Both the position numbers and the translations under genes were made by a program. Of a stretch of 64,000 nucleotides of DNA, positions 23,807 to 32,038 are shown one piece after another (within the stretch, counting starts at the first letter, position 1; each line of letters opens with the position of its first letter). Under the pieces are notes generated by a model that worked only from the letters and a program-made list of their open reading frames with translations, was not told where the DNA came from and searched no databases. Source of the DNA: an uncultured Spirochaetota bacterium (GTDB lineage Bacteria > Spirochaetota > Spirochaetia > SZUA-6 > CAVTHK01); contig CAVTHK010000002.1 of the NCBI GenBank assembly GCA_963734495.1, forward strand, positions 195,346-259,345, written 5' to 3'.

Positions 23807-24994
23807 TTGAAACCGTCCGATCTGCCGTACCCGAGCGTCTCGTTCCTCGCGGGCATCTTCCTGCTGAGCATCCTCGCTCGGTCCGTCCTCGGGCCCTTTC
23901 TCGTGGCGATCGAGCGGGAGATGGGCCTGAGTCACGGGGCCTCGGGCGCGCTGTTTCTCTTTGTCGCGGCGGGCTACAGCGCCACGATGCTCCTCTCGGG
24001 CTTCGCGGCCCGGCTCATCGGCCACAGGCGCACGATCGCGGCGTCGCTCGCCGCGGTCGGCGCCGCGTCGCTGGCGGCGTCCGCCGCGCCGACGCCGTTC
24101 CTCCTGCGCGTGGCGCTGGTGCTGCTGGGGGCAGGCGCGGCGCTGTACATGCCGTCGGGCGTGGCGACCCTCTACCGCATAACGGCGCCCGGGCGATGGG
24201 GCGGGGCCATCGCCATCCACGAGCTCGGCGCGAACCTCGCCTTCGTGCTCGCGCCCCTGTACGCGGAGCTCGCCCTGCGCCTCGCTTCCTGGCGGGTCGG
24301 GGCGGCCGTCCTGGGCGCGGCCGCCTTGGCCGGGGCGGCAGGCTTTGCCCGCTTCGGCCCGGCGGGCGATCAGACCGGCGAGGCGCCGCGTCTCGGCAAC
24401 ATCGGCGTCTTCCTGCGCGAGCCTGAGTTCTGGGCGATCGCCTTCCCTTTCTGGCTCTCCGCCGCTCTCGGGGTCGGGGCGTACTCGATCCTGCCTGTCT
24501 TTCTGACGGCCGAGCGCGGTCTCGAGCGGGGAACGGTCAACGTCCTGCTCGGGCTCTCACGGCTCACGGGGCTGCCTGCCGTCTTCCTCGCGGGCGCTCT
24601 CGCCGACCGGATGAGCCCCAGGCTCCTCGTCGGCCTGCTGGTCGGCGGGGCGGGCGTGCTCGCCGTTGCGATCGGTCTCGGCAAGGGTCTGCTGCTGATC
24701 GTTGCGGTCTTCGGCCTCCCGCTCGCCACCAGCTGCTTTTTTCCCGCCGCGTTCGCGGCGCTCAAGCGCATTGGTCGCCCCGGCCTGGACAACATCGCCG
24801 TGTCGCTGGTGGTGCCCTTCGGCTACCTCTTCGGCGGCGGGCTGGTGCCGACGGTGATGGGCAGGCTCGGAGAGGACGGCCGCTTCTGGCTCGGCTTCGT
24901 CGAGCTGGGAGCGCTGGCGCTGGCCGCAGCCATCGGCACGAGCTTCCTGCAGGCGCTTCCGCGGTCCGCCGCGCGCCCGCCCCGCGGGCGGTGA
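23807..24994 (+). CDS. MFS transporter
   Basis: About 12 hydrophobic segments, GFAARLIGHRR and GALADRMSPR loop motifs; start uncertain. Confidence 0.85.
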   Translation: MKPSDLPYPSVSFLAGIFLLSILARSVLGPFLVAIEREMGLSHGASGALFLFVAAGYSATMLLSGFAARLIGHRRTIAASLAAVGAASLAASAAPTPFLLRVALVLLGAGAALYMPSGVATLYRITAPGRWGGAIAIHELGANLAFVLAPLYAELALRLASWRVGAAVLGAAALAGAAGFARFGPAGDQTGEAPRLGNIGVFLREPEFWAIAFPFWLSAALGVGAYSILPVFLTAERGLERGTVNVLLGLSRLTGLPAVFLAGALADRMSPRLLVGLLVGGAGVLAVAIGLGKGLLLIVAVFGLPLATSCFFPAAFAALKRIGRPGLDNIAVSLVVPFGYLFGGGLVPTVMGRLGEDGRFWLGFVELGALALAAAIGTSFLQALPRSAARPPRGR

Positions 24995-25028
24995 GATGAA
25001 AGCGGCCGCCCGGCGCCTCGCGCCCGCC

Positions 25029-26054
25029 TCAGGCGCCGGCCAGGCCCGCCGCCACTGTCGCGAGGACCTCGAGCGCCTCGCCGGGGTCCTTCTCCTCGGT
25101 CAGATCGAAGGCCGAGCGGGTGCCCGCCGGCGTCGCCACGGTCGGGTTGCGGAGCAGCGCATGCACCGTTGCGGCGGCGAAGCGCGCGGCGAGCGCCCTG
25201 CCGAAAGCAAAGTCCTCCACCGGCCGCGGCCGCGGCGAGGCGGACAGGTCGCTCGCGAAGCGGCGCAGCTCCACGAGCGCCTCGAGCGGGCCCGCCGACA
25301 GGTGCACGCCGTTGAGGTTGGCCGAGACTTCGGGAAGCGCGAAGTCGCCCTGCCTGCGCAACAGCTCCGCGCGCAGGCTCCCCGGCGACGCCCTGGCGGG
25401 GTCGGTGGCGCCGCAGAACCGCTGCCTCGCCGCTGCCCACGGGACGTCGCCGCGCAGCACGAAGCCCGCCACCCGGCTCGCCGGCGCCGTGAAGGCGCGG
25501 AGCATCCGCGGGTAGAAGCCGTTCACCAGGTAGAGGCCCTCGCCGGGGAGCGGCCGGCAGTAGGTCCCGCCCGCGAGCTTGTCGGCGCCGCCGCTGAGCC
25601 ACAGCTTCGCCAGCGCTTCCGCGTCGAGCTCGGGGTGGGCGGCGAGGTAGTCGAGGCCCCCGACCACGCGCTCGTCCGGGTCGCGGCCGTAGAGCTCGCG
25701 GAACCGCACGCGCGCCTGCTCCGACAGGTTCGCGGCGGGGTCGCGGGCGACCGCGTCGATCACGCCGTAGTGCTCGGCCACGATCCCGTGCTCCTCCATG
25801 TACGCCCCGGACAGCAGGACCACGCTCTCGACCGCGAGCGACGCAGCAGCGAGCGAGCCGGCCACCAGCTCGACGACCAGCGGCAGCCGCGGGCTGCGCA
25901 TCAGCTCGGGCTTCAGGAAGAAGAGCATCTGGCTGCCGCCCGCCGGTGACCGAAGCGCGCTGTAGATCCGCTCGTAGAAAGCGCGGTGGGGCGGCCTGGC
26001 CGATTCCACGAACGCCCGCGAAAGGTTCGCAGCCGTCGGTTCGCTGATCCTCAT
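25029..26054 (-). CDS. nucleoside-diphosphate-kinase-like protein with a large insertion
   Basis: FFLKPE, GATDPARASPGSLR, NGVHLSAGPLEALVELRRF; start could be 26054 or 26090. Confidence 0.65.
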   Translation of the reverse strand: MRISEPTAANLSRAFVESARPPHRAFYERIYSALRSPAGGSQMLFFLKPELMRSPRLPLVVELVAGSLAAASLAVESVVLLSGAYMEEHGIVAEHYGVIDAVARDPAANLSEQARVRFRELYGRDPDERVVGGLDYLAAHPELDAEALAKLWLSGGADKLAGGTYCRPLPGEGLYLVNGFYPRMLRAFTAPASRVAGFVLRGDVPWAAARQRFCGATDPARASPGSLRAELLRRQGDFALPEVSANLNGVHLSAGPLEALVELRRFASDLSASPRPRPVEDFAFGRALAARFAAATVHALLRNPTVATPAGTRSAFDLTEEKDPGEALEVLATVAAGLAGA

Positions 26055-26152
26055 GCCTCTACCAATGACATGAATGAAGGCCCCCGGCAAATGGCCCCGA
26101 TGGCCCGCGGGAGCGCTGCCGTTTCGCGGGTGAGCGTGCTGGCCGTTCGGCT

Positions 26153-27433
26153 TCAGCAGAGATCGCTCGCCTCAAGCAAGCCACTTACCGCGAGGTCGTA
26201 GTCCGGCCTCGTCCCGTCCCACGCCGGGAAGTTGACGTGAGGACCGAGGTCAAGGTTGCGCTCATCGGCCCAATCGCGCATCCAGGCGACGGCGTCGTCC
26301 ACCGGCTGCGAGTGCGGATTCTGCGCCAGCGGTATGCCCGAGGGCGAGTGGAAGATCCAGGCGCCATCCGCGCCTCGGCTGATGCTCCAGCCTCCCTCGT
26401 GGAGCAGTCTATGGTGGCGAGGGCAGGCCAGCAGGGTATTCCCGAGGCTGGTCTCTCCCCCATGCAGCCAGTGCTTGACGTGGTGGCCGTGCAGGAACCT
26501 GGTGTGGGTGCACCCGGGAAAGGCGCAGCCGCGGTCCCGCACCATCAAGGCCCGGCGGAGGGCGGGGGGAATGCTGCGGGTGCGGCGGCCGATGTTCAGA
26601 CTCTCCCCCTCCCCACCCACCGCCACCAGACCGCAATCGCAAGCGACTCGTCGAAGCGCTTCCGGGGAAACACGGGTTCCGTCCTCCAGCGTCGCCGACC
26701 ACTCGCCGTCGGCACCGAGCACCTCCTGCTCGAGATGAATCATGACCTGGAAGCGCTCCCCTCCGGTTCCCGTCACCTGATGGCCGGCCAGGAACGACTC
26801 GGCGACTTCGACCGCGCCATCCGCCCGGGATGGCCACGGCGCTTCCGCGGAAGCGTCCGCGGCCGCCTCCGCCGCTTCCTTCGCCGGCTCGGCCTGCTCG
26901 GCGTGCACCTCCCGGGCTCGCTCGATGGCGCGCATCACCAGGTCCGCCTCGTCGGGCTCCAGCACCAGCTCCAGCTTGACCATTCCCCCCGGCAGCAATC
27001 GCCGATATACGGACCGCTCCTCCGGCAGCGGCGCAGTCTCCGGGTCCACAGCCGCTCGATAGCCCCGGCACAGCCGTTCAAGCTGCGCCGCGGTTGCCAC
27101 GAGCGCCAGCTCCAACAGCTTGCCCTCGTTCTCCGCCGTTGCCACTCGCGTGAGGGCTCGGACCTTGGCGTAGGAAAGGGTGGCCGAGCGGAACGCTTCG
27201 TCGATCGCGGGCAGCTTGCCCAGAGCGCGCGCCACCCGCACCTTCTCGCGCGCGGTGGCCGGGTCCCATCCGAGCCGCCAGGCCAGCCAGTGCGCGCAGG
27301 AAACGGCGCCCTGGTCGCACCAGCCGCCGGCCTCGTCAAAGTGCCTGATGCATTCGAGCAGCCGATGCATGGCCGCATCGAGGTGCGCCGACAGGCTGGC
27401 GATCTCCTCGCCGAGTCGCTCCGTGGTAGTCAT
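26153..27433 (-). CDS. DUF222-domain / HNH endonuclease (13E12 repeat-like family)
   Basis: SCAHWLAWRLG, AREKVRVARAL, LSYAKVRAL, LRRVACD, IGRRTRSIPPALRRALMVRDRGCAFPGC, HHVKHW..GGETSLGN..LACPRHHRLLHEGGW. Confidence 0.9.
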   Translation of the reverse strand: MTTTERLGEEIASLSAHLDAAMHRLLECIRHFDEAGGWCDQGAVSCAHWLAWRLGWDPATAREKVRVARALGKLPAIDEAFRSATLSYAKVRALTRVATAENEGKLLELALVATAAQLERLCRGYRAAVDPETAPLPEERSVYRRLLPGGMVKLELVLEPDEADLVMRAIERAREVHAEQAEPAKEAAEAAADASAEAPWPSRADGAVEVAESFLAGHQVTGTGGERFQVMIHLEQEVLGADGEWSATLEDGTRVSPEALRRVACDCGLVAVGGEGESLNIGRRTRSIPPALRRALMVRDRGCAFPGCTHTRFLHGHHVKHWLHGGETSLGNTLLACPRHHRLLHEGGWSISRGADGAWIFHSPSGIPLAQNPHSQPVDDAVAWMRDWADERNLDLGPHVNFPAWDGTRPDYDLAVSGLLEASDLC

Positions 27434-27439
27434 GCTGAT

Positions 27440-27468
27440 AGTATACATCCGTATAGTATCAAGCGCAA
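27440..27468 (-). promoter_or_regulatory. sigma70-like promoter of the HNH gene (leaderless)
   Basis: TTGCGC-N17-TATACT, then 6 nt to the ATG at 27433. Confidence 0.6.
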
Positions 27469-27563
27469 GACCTATCCCGCGCTGGAGAATCGCGCCCGCC
27501 GTGTCGGCTGCGGATGGGCAGCTGCGGACCCGCAGCGCTGCCCGCAAAACTGCGGCAGGCCGG

Positions 27564-27592
27564 TTGAGCCACCGCGCGCGCGCCGGTAGAAT
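27564..27592 (+). promoter_or_regulatory. sigma70-like promoter of the HAD gene (leaderless)
   Basis: TTGAGC-N17-TAGAAT, then 6 nt to the GTG at 27599. Confidence 0.6.
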
Positions 27593-27598
27593 CCGGCA

Positions 27599-28252
27599 GT
27601 GATGATCAGAGGCCTCATCTTCGACATGGACGGCGTGCTCGCGGACAGCGAGCCGCTCCACGCGCGCGCCTGGGTCCGGACGCTCGAGCGATACGGCGTC
27701 CGCGTCGACGAGCGTTACTTCGACCGCTGGATCGGGATCCCGAACGGCGACACGGCGCTCGACCTCGTCGAACGCTTCCGCATCCCCGTCCCGGCCGAGC
27801 GCCTCTCGGCGGAGAGACAGGCGGCGTACCTGCGGCTCGCGGAGAGCGAGCTGCGGCCGTTCCCGGGGCTGGCCGAGACGCTGGCCGGCCTGCGCCTCCC
27901 GAAAGCCGTGGCCACGTCGAGCACGCGCGCCGACGCGGCTCTGATGCTCTCGCGGCTCGGCCTCTCCCCGCACTTCCGCGTCGTGGTGACCGTCGAGGAC
28001 GTCGTGCTGACCAAGCCGGACCCTGAGATCTACGTGAAGGCGGCCGCCGGCCTGGGCCTTTCCCCCGGCGAGTGCGCGGCGATCGAAGACTCGCCCGCCG
28101 GCGTCGCCTCCGCCCGTGCGGCGGGCTGCTACGTGGTCGCCGTGACGACGACGCACGCGGCGCCGCGCCTGGCGGCTGCCGACGACGTGTGCGCAGGCAC
28201 CGTTGCCGCGATCGCAGCGCTGCGGGCCGCGGGGCGCCTCGCGCCGGGCTGA
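27599..28252 (+). CDS. HAD-family phosphatase (beta-PGM/CbbY-like)
   Basis: LIFDMDGVLADSE, AVATSS, KPDPEIY, IEDSPAGV. Confidence 0.93.
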   Translation: MMIRGLIFDMDGVLADSEPLHARAWVRTLERYGVRVDERYFDRWIGIPNGDTALDLVERFRIPVPAERLSAERQAAYLRLAESELRPFPGLAETLAGLRLPKAVATSSTRADAALMLSRLGLSPHFRVVVTVEDVVLTKPDPEIYVKAAAGLGLSPGECAAIEDSPAGVASARAAGCYVVAVTTTHAAPRLAAADDVCAGTVAAIAALRAAGRLAPG

Positions 28253-28316
28253 ATACCTTCAACCTGATCTCCTCTCGTTGTGGCGGCCGGGACCGAACCG
28301 TGCTACGCTGGCCCCG

Positions 28317-29324
28317 ATGGAACAGACGCTCTACGTGTCCCTGCAGGACGACGAACGGATCCTGGGATTCGACATCGACGCGCGGACGGGCCGCCTCGCC
28401 CCCGAGGGGAATTTCCAGGTCCCGGGCGGCCCCGCTCCCCTCGCGCTGCGTCCCGACGGACGGATCCTCTACGCGGGCCTGCGCGGCAGGGCGGGCCTGG
28501 CCTGGCTCGCGCGGGAGCCGTCGACGGGTGCGCTGCGCGAGGGCGGCCGGATCCCGCTCGAGACCGATCCCTGCTTCCTGTCCACGGACCGGTCGGGACG
28601 CTTTCTCTTTTCCGCCTACTACCGGGCGGGGCTGATCGGGGTCCACGCCCTCGAGCCGGACGGCTCGATCCGCACGCCTCCCGTGGAGTGGCGCGCGACC
28701 GCGGTCAACGCCCACTTCATGCAGACGGACCCGGGCAACCGGTTCGCCTTTGTGCCGCACACGGGGCCGAACCTGATCCTGCAGTTCCGCTTCGACCCCG
28801 CCTCGGGCCGCCTGACACCTAACGATCCGCCGCGCGCCGCCCCTCCCGCGGGGGTCGGCCCCCGTCACTTCTGCTTCCATCCCGGCGGCAGGCTCGTGCT
28901 TTTCTCCAACGAGCTCGCGAGCAGCGTGAGCTCCTACCGCTTCGACTCCGCGTCGGGGACGCTGTCGCTTCTGGACACGGTCTCCACGCTTCCGGCGGGG
29001 TTCGCGGGCGCCAACACGTGCGCCCAGATCCACATGGGCGCCGACGGGCGCTTCGTCTACGTCTCCAACAGGGGCCACGACAGCATCGCAGTGGTGGCCG
29101 TCGACCCGGCGGGCGGCCGCCTTCACCTGGAGGGCACGGCCGCATCTGAGCGCGTTCCGCGCGCCTTCAACCTGGACCTGAGCGGCCGGTGGCTCTACGC
29201 CGCGGGACAGGAATCGGGCCGGCTTGCGGCGTACGCCGTGGGCGGCGACGGGCTGCTTTCGCAGCTCGCGGGCGTGCCCCTCGGCCGCAAGCCGCTCTGG
29301 GTGCTGGCCGCGGCGAAAGGGTAG
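28317..29324 (+). CDS. lactonase, 7-bladed beta-propeller (6-phosphogluconolactonase family)
   Basis: NAHFM, GPRHFCFHP, SNEL, FVYVSNRGHDSIAV, PRAFNL. Confidence 0.9.
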   Translation: MEQTLYVSLQDDERILGFDIDARTGRLAPEGNFQVPGGPAPLALRPDGRILYAGLRGRAGLAWLAREPSTGALREGGRIPLETDPCFLSTDRSGRFLFSAYYRAGLIGVHALEPDGSIRTPPVEWRATAVNAHFMQTDPGNRFAFVPHTGPNLILQFRFDPASGRLTPNDPPRAAPPAGVGPRHFCFHPGGRLVLFSNELASSVSSYRFDSASGTLSLLDTVSTLPAGFAGANTCAQIHMGADGRFVYVSNRGHDSIAVVAVDPAGGRLHLEGTAASERVPRAFNLDLSGRWLYAAGQESGRLAAYAVGGDGLLSQLAGVPLGRKPLWVLAAAKG

Positions 29325-29341
29325 GGCAGGGGGCGGCCGCA

Positions 29342-30019
29342 GTGACCGAGACGCAGGCGTCGCTCTTCCCGGACGCCGATCCGCGCGCGGAGCGCATGGT
29401 CGAGCGGCAGCTCGCGTCCCGCGGGATCTCCAACCCGCGGGTGCTCGCCGCGATGAGGCGGGTCCCTCGCACGCTCTTCCTCCCCGCCGGAAGCGGCGCG
29501 GACCCCTACGCCGACGCGCCCGTTTCGATCGGCTGCGGCCAGACCATGTCGCAGCCGTACATGGTCGGGTTGATGCTCGAATCGCTCGCCTTGCGGGGAG
29601 GCGAATCGGTGCTCGAGATCGGCACCGGCAGCGGCTACCAGACCGCGCTGCTCGGGCTGCTCGCCGGTCGGGTGTTCAGCGTCGAGCGGCTGGCGGTGCT
29701 CGCCGAGCGGAGCCGGAGGACGCTCGAGGGGCTGGGCTACGCCAACGTCATGCTGCTCTGCGGCGACGGGTCGCTGGGCTGGCCGGAGCACGCGCCCTAC
29801 GACGCCGTCGTGGTCTCGGCGGCCGCCCCGCGGGTGCCGGCCGGGATCAGGTCGCAGCTCGCGGACAGCGGCGTCCTGGTGCTGCCCGTGGGGCCGGATG
29901 AGTCCGTGCAGATGCTGTGCGTCGTCCGCCGGATCGGCGCCCGCTTCGAGACGGAGCGCACGATTCCCTGCCGGTTCGTTCCTCTCGTCGGCGCGGAGGG
30001 CTTTCCCGAGCGGCCTTGA
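29342..30019 (+). CDS. pcm: protein-L-isoaspartate O-methyltransferase
   Basis: VLAAMRRVPR, GQTMSQPYMV, VLEIGTGSGYQTA, GDGSLGWPEHAPYD, CRFVPLVG. Confidence 0.95.
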   Translation: MTETQASLFPDADPRAERMVERQLASRGISNPRVLAAMRRVPRTLFLPAGSGADPYADAPVSIGCGQTMSQPYMVGLMLESLALRGGESVLEIGTGSGYQTALLGLLAGRVFSVERLAVLAERSRRTLEGLGYANVMLLCGDGSLGWPEHAPYDAVVVSAAAPRVPAGIRSQLADSGVLVLPVGPDESVQMLCVVRRIGARFETERTIPCRFVPLVGAEGFPERP

Positions 30020-30082
30020 GCGGGGGAGCGCCTCGGCACGGCCTGTTGATCAGAGCCTGCGATCCCTCTATTCTTCCCCCCC

Positions 30083-31117
30083 GTGGCCACGAACATCCCC
30101 CTCTTTCGACCGACGATCCGGCGCCGGGACATGGACCGCGTGCTCGCGTGCATGGTGTCGGACAGCATCGGTGCGGGCACGGCGAACCGCGAGCTCTGCG
30201 CCGCCGCCGCCGAATACCTCGGCGTCTCCGGCGGCGCGGCCGTCGGCAGCTACTATGGCGCGCTGCTCGCCGCCTTCGACGCGCTCGACCTCGCCGCGGG
30301 CGACGCCGTCGTCGTCCCCGCGCTCGCCCCGGGCGTGTACCGCGCCGCCGCGGCCCGCCGGGGCCTCGCCCTGCGCGCGATCGACGTGGACCCCGCATCG
30401 GGGACGCTGCTCGTGGAGCGCGCCGCCGCTGAAGTGGCGGCGGGCGCCAAGGCCGTCGTGGCCCACTACACCCTCGGCATCGTGCCCGACGTCACCGCCC
30501 TTCTCGGCCTCGGCGTGTCCGTGATCGAGGACCTGTCCCAGGGCCTCGGCGCCAACCTCGGCGAGCGGCGGTGCGGCAGCCTGGGGCGGGTCACCGTCGT
30601 GTCGCTGAGCCCCGATTCCATCGTCACGGGCGGCGGCGGAGGGCTGGTCCTGTCGGGCGACAAGGCGCTGGCGCGCAAGCTGCAGGACTCCGGCGAGGCG
30701 CGCCTCGCGCCGCTCGCGGACCTCAACGCGAGCCTGGCGCTCGCGCAGCTTCGGGAGATCGAGCGCTTCATCGAGGCGCGGAAGCAGATCGCCTCGGCCT
30801 TCGCCCGCAGCCTGGCCCGCACCCGCCACAAGGCCCTGGTCCAGGGCGACGAGGGCGAAAACGTCCACTACTCCTTTCCCGTGATGCTGGCCTCCGGCAT
30901 GAAGGACGTGCGCCAGTACGCACGCAGGAAGGGCGTCGAGACGGCTCCGGGGCACGCGGGCAGCCTCCTGGCCGAAGGCGAGGACGCGGGCGACGGAGGC
31001 GGCGACTGGCCGGCCGCCCGGTCGGCGCTGATGCGCTGCCTCCTCTTCCCGCTCTACCCGACGCTGGGAAAGACGCGCGTCGACGCGGTGGCGAAAGTGC
31101 TCGCGACGCTCCCGTAG
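30083..31117 (+). CDS. DegT/DnrJ/EryC1/StrS aminotransferase-like protein lacking the PLP lysine
   Basis: IPLFRP, GDAVVVPA, DVDP, VIEDLSQGLG, SLSPDSIVTGGGGG, LLFPLYPTL. Confidence 0.8.
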   Translation: MATNIPLFRPTIRRRDMDRVLACMVSDSIGAGTANRELCAAAAEYLGVSGGAAVGSYYGALLAAFDALDLAAGDAVVVPALAPGVYRAAAARRGLALRAIDVDPASGTLLVERAAAEVAAGAKAVVAHYTLGIVPDVTALLGLGVSVIEDLSQGLGANLGERRCGSLGRVTVVSLSPDSIVTGGGGGLVLSGDKALARKLQDSGEARLAPLADLNASLALAQLREIERFIEARKQIASAFARSLARTRHKALVQGDEGENVHYSFPVMLASGMKDVRQYARRKGVETAPGHAGSLLAEGEDAGDGGGDWPAARSALMRCLLFPLYPTLGKTRVDAVAKVLATLP

Positions 31118-31183
31118 GGAGGGGCGGCACGCCGCCCCCGTCGCTTTACAGCGGCGCGCGGCGCCCGCTATATTGGCGGGGAG

Positions 31184-32038
31184 TTGGAACGCACGGTCCG
31201 CAGGGTCCTCGCCATCGTCAACCTCAACAAGCCCGATGCGGGCACGGTGCTCGGCGACATCGTCAAGTATTTTGACGGCCTGGGCATCGAGGTCCTGCGC
31301 TATTCCTTCGACCAGCCGCTCGACGACGAGGCGGTCGACGGCGTCGACATGGCCATCACGCTGGGAGGCGACGGCACGCTGCTGTACAGCGCGCCCGCGC
31401 TTGCGGCGCGGCGCATCCCGATCCTTGCGGTCAACCTCGGCAAGGTCGGTTTCCTCACCGAGGTCTCGCGCGACGAGTGGGTCGAGGCGTTCGAGCAGTA
31501 CCGCCGCTGCGGCATCGGGGTGAGCGCGCGCATCATGCTGCGCTGCGACGTCGCCCGGGCGGGCCGCGACGTCTTCTCCTCGGAGGGTCTCAACGACGCC
31601 GTGATCACGACCAAGGGCGTATCGCGCCTCATCCACCTCCAGCTCCAGCTCGCAGGCAGCGAGGCCGGGCGCTACCGCGCCGACGGCGTCATCGTCTCCA
31701 CGCCGACAGGCTCCACGGCGTACTCCATGGCAGCGGGAGGCCCGATCGTCCACCCGGAGATGGAGGCCTTCCTCGTGGTCCCCATCTGCCCCTACACCCT
31801 CTCCGACCGGCCGCTGGTCGTGCCCGCGCACGAAGCCATCGAGATCCGGGTCGAAGCGAGCCGCAGGGCGGAGGTGATCCTCACCATCGACGGGCAGCTT
31901 GCCTTTCCGCTTGAACCGGGGGACCGCGTCCGCTACAGTATGGGCCGTGAAAAGTGCTCGATCATTCGCTCGGACAAGCGCAATTTCTACGAGGTGCTCC
32001 GCTCCAAGCTGAACTGGGCGGGGGAGCCGAATGCTTGA
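31184..32038 (+). CDS. nadK: NAD kinase
   Basis: LGGDGTLL, VNLGKVGFL, GLNDAV, ADGVIVSTPTGSTAYSMAAGGP. Confidence 0.95.
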   Translation: MERTVRRVLAIVNLNKPDAGTVLGDIVKYFDGLGIEVLRYSFDQPLDDEAVDGVDMAITLGGDGTLLYSAPALAARRIPILAVNLGKVGFLTEVSRDEWVEAFEQYRRCGIGVSARIMLRCDVARAGRDVFSSEGLNDAVITTKGVSRLIHLQLQLAGSEAGRYRADGVIVSTPTGSTAYSMAAGGPIVHPEMEAFLVVPICPYTLSDRPLVVPAHEAIEIRVEASRRAEVILTIDGQLAFPLEPGDRVRYSMGREKCSIIRSDKRNFYEVLRSKLNWAGEPNA

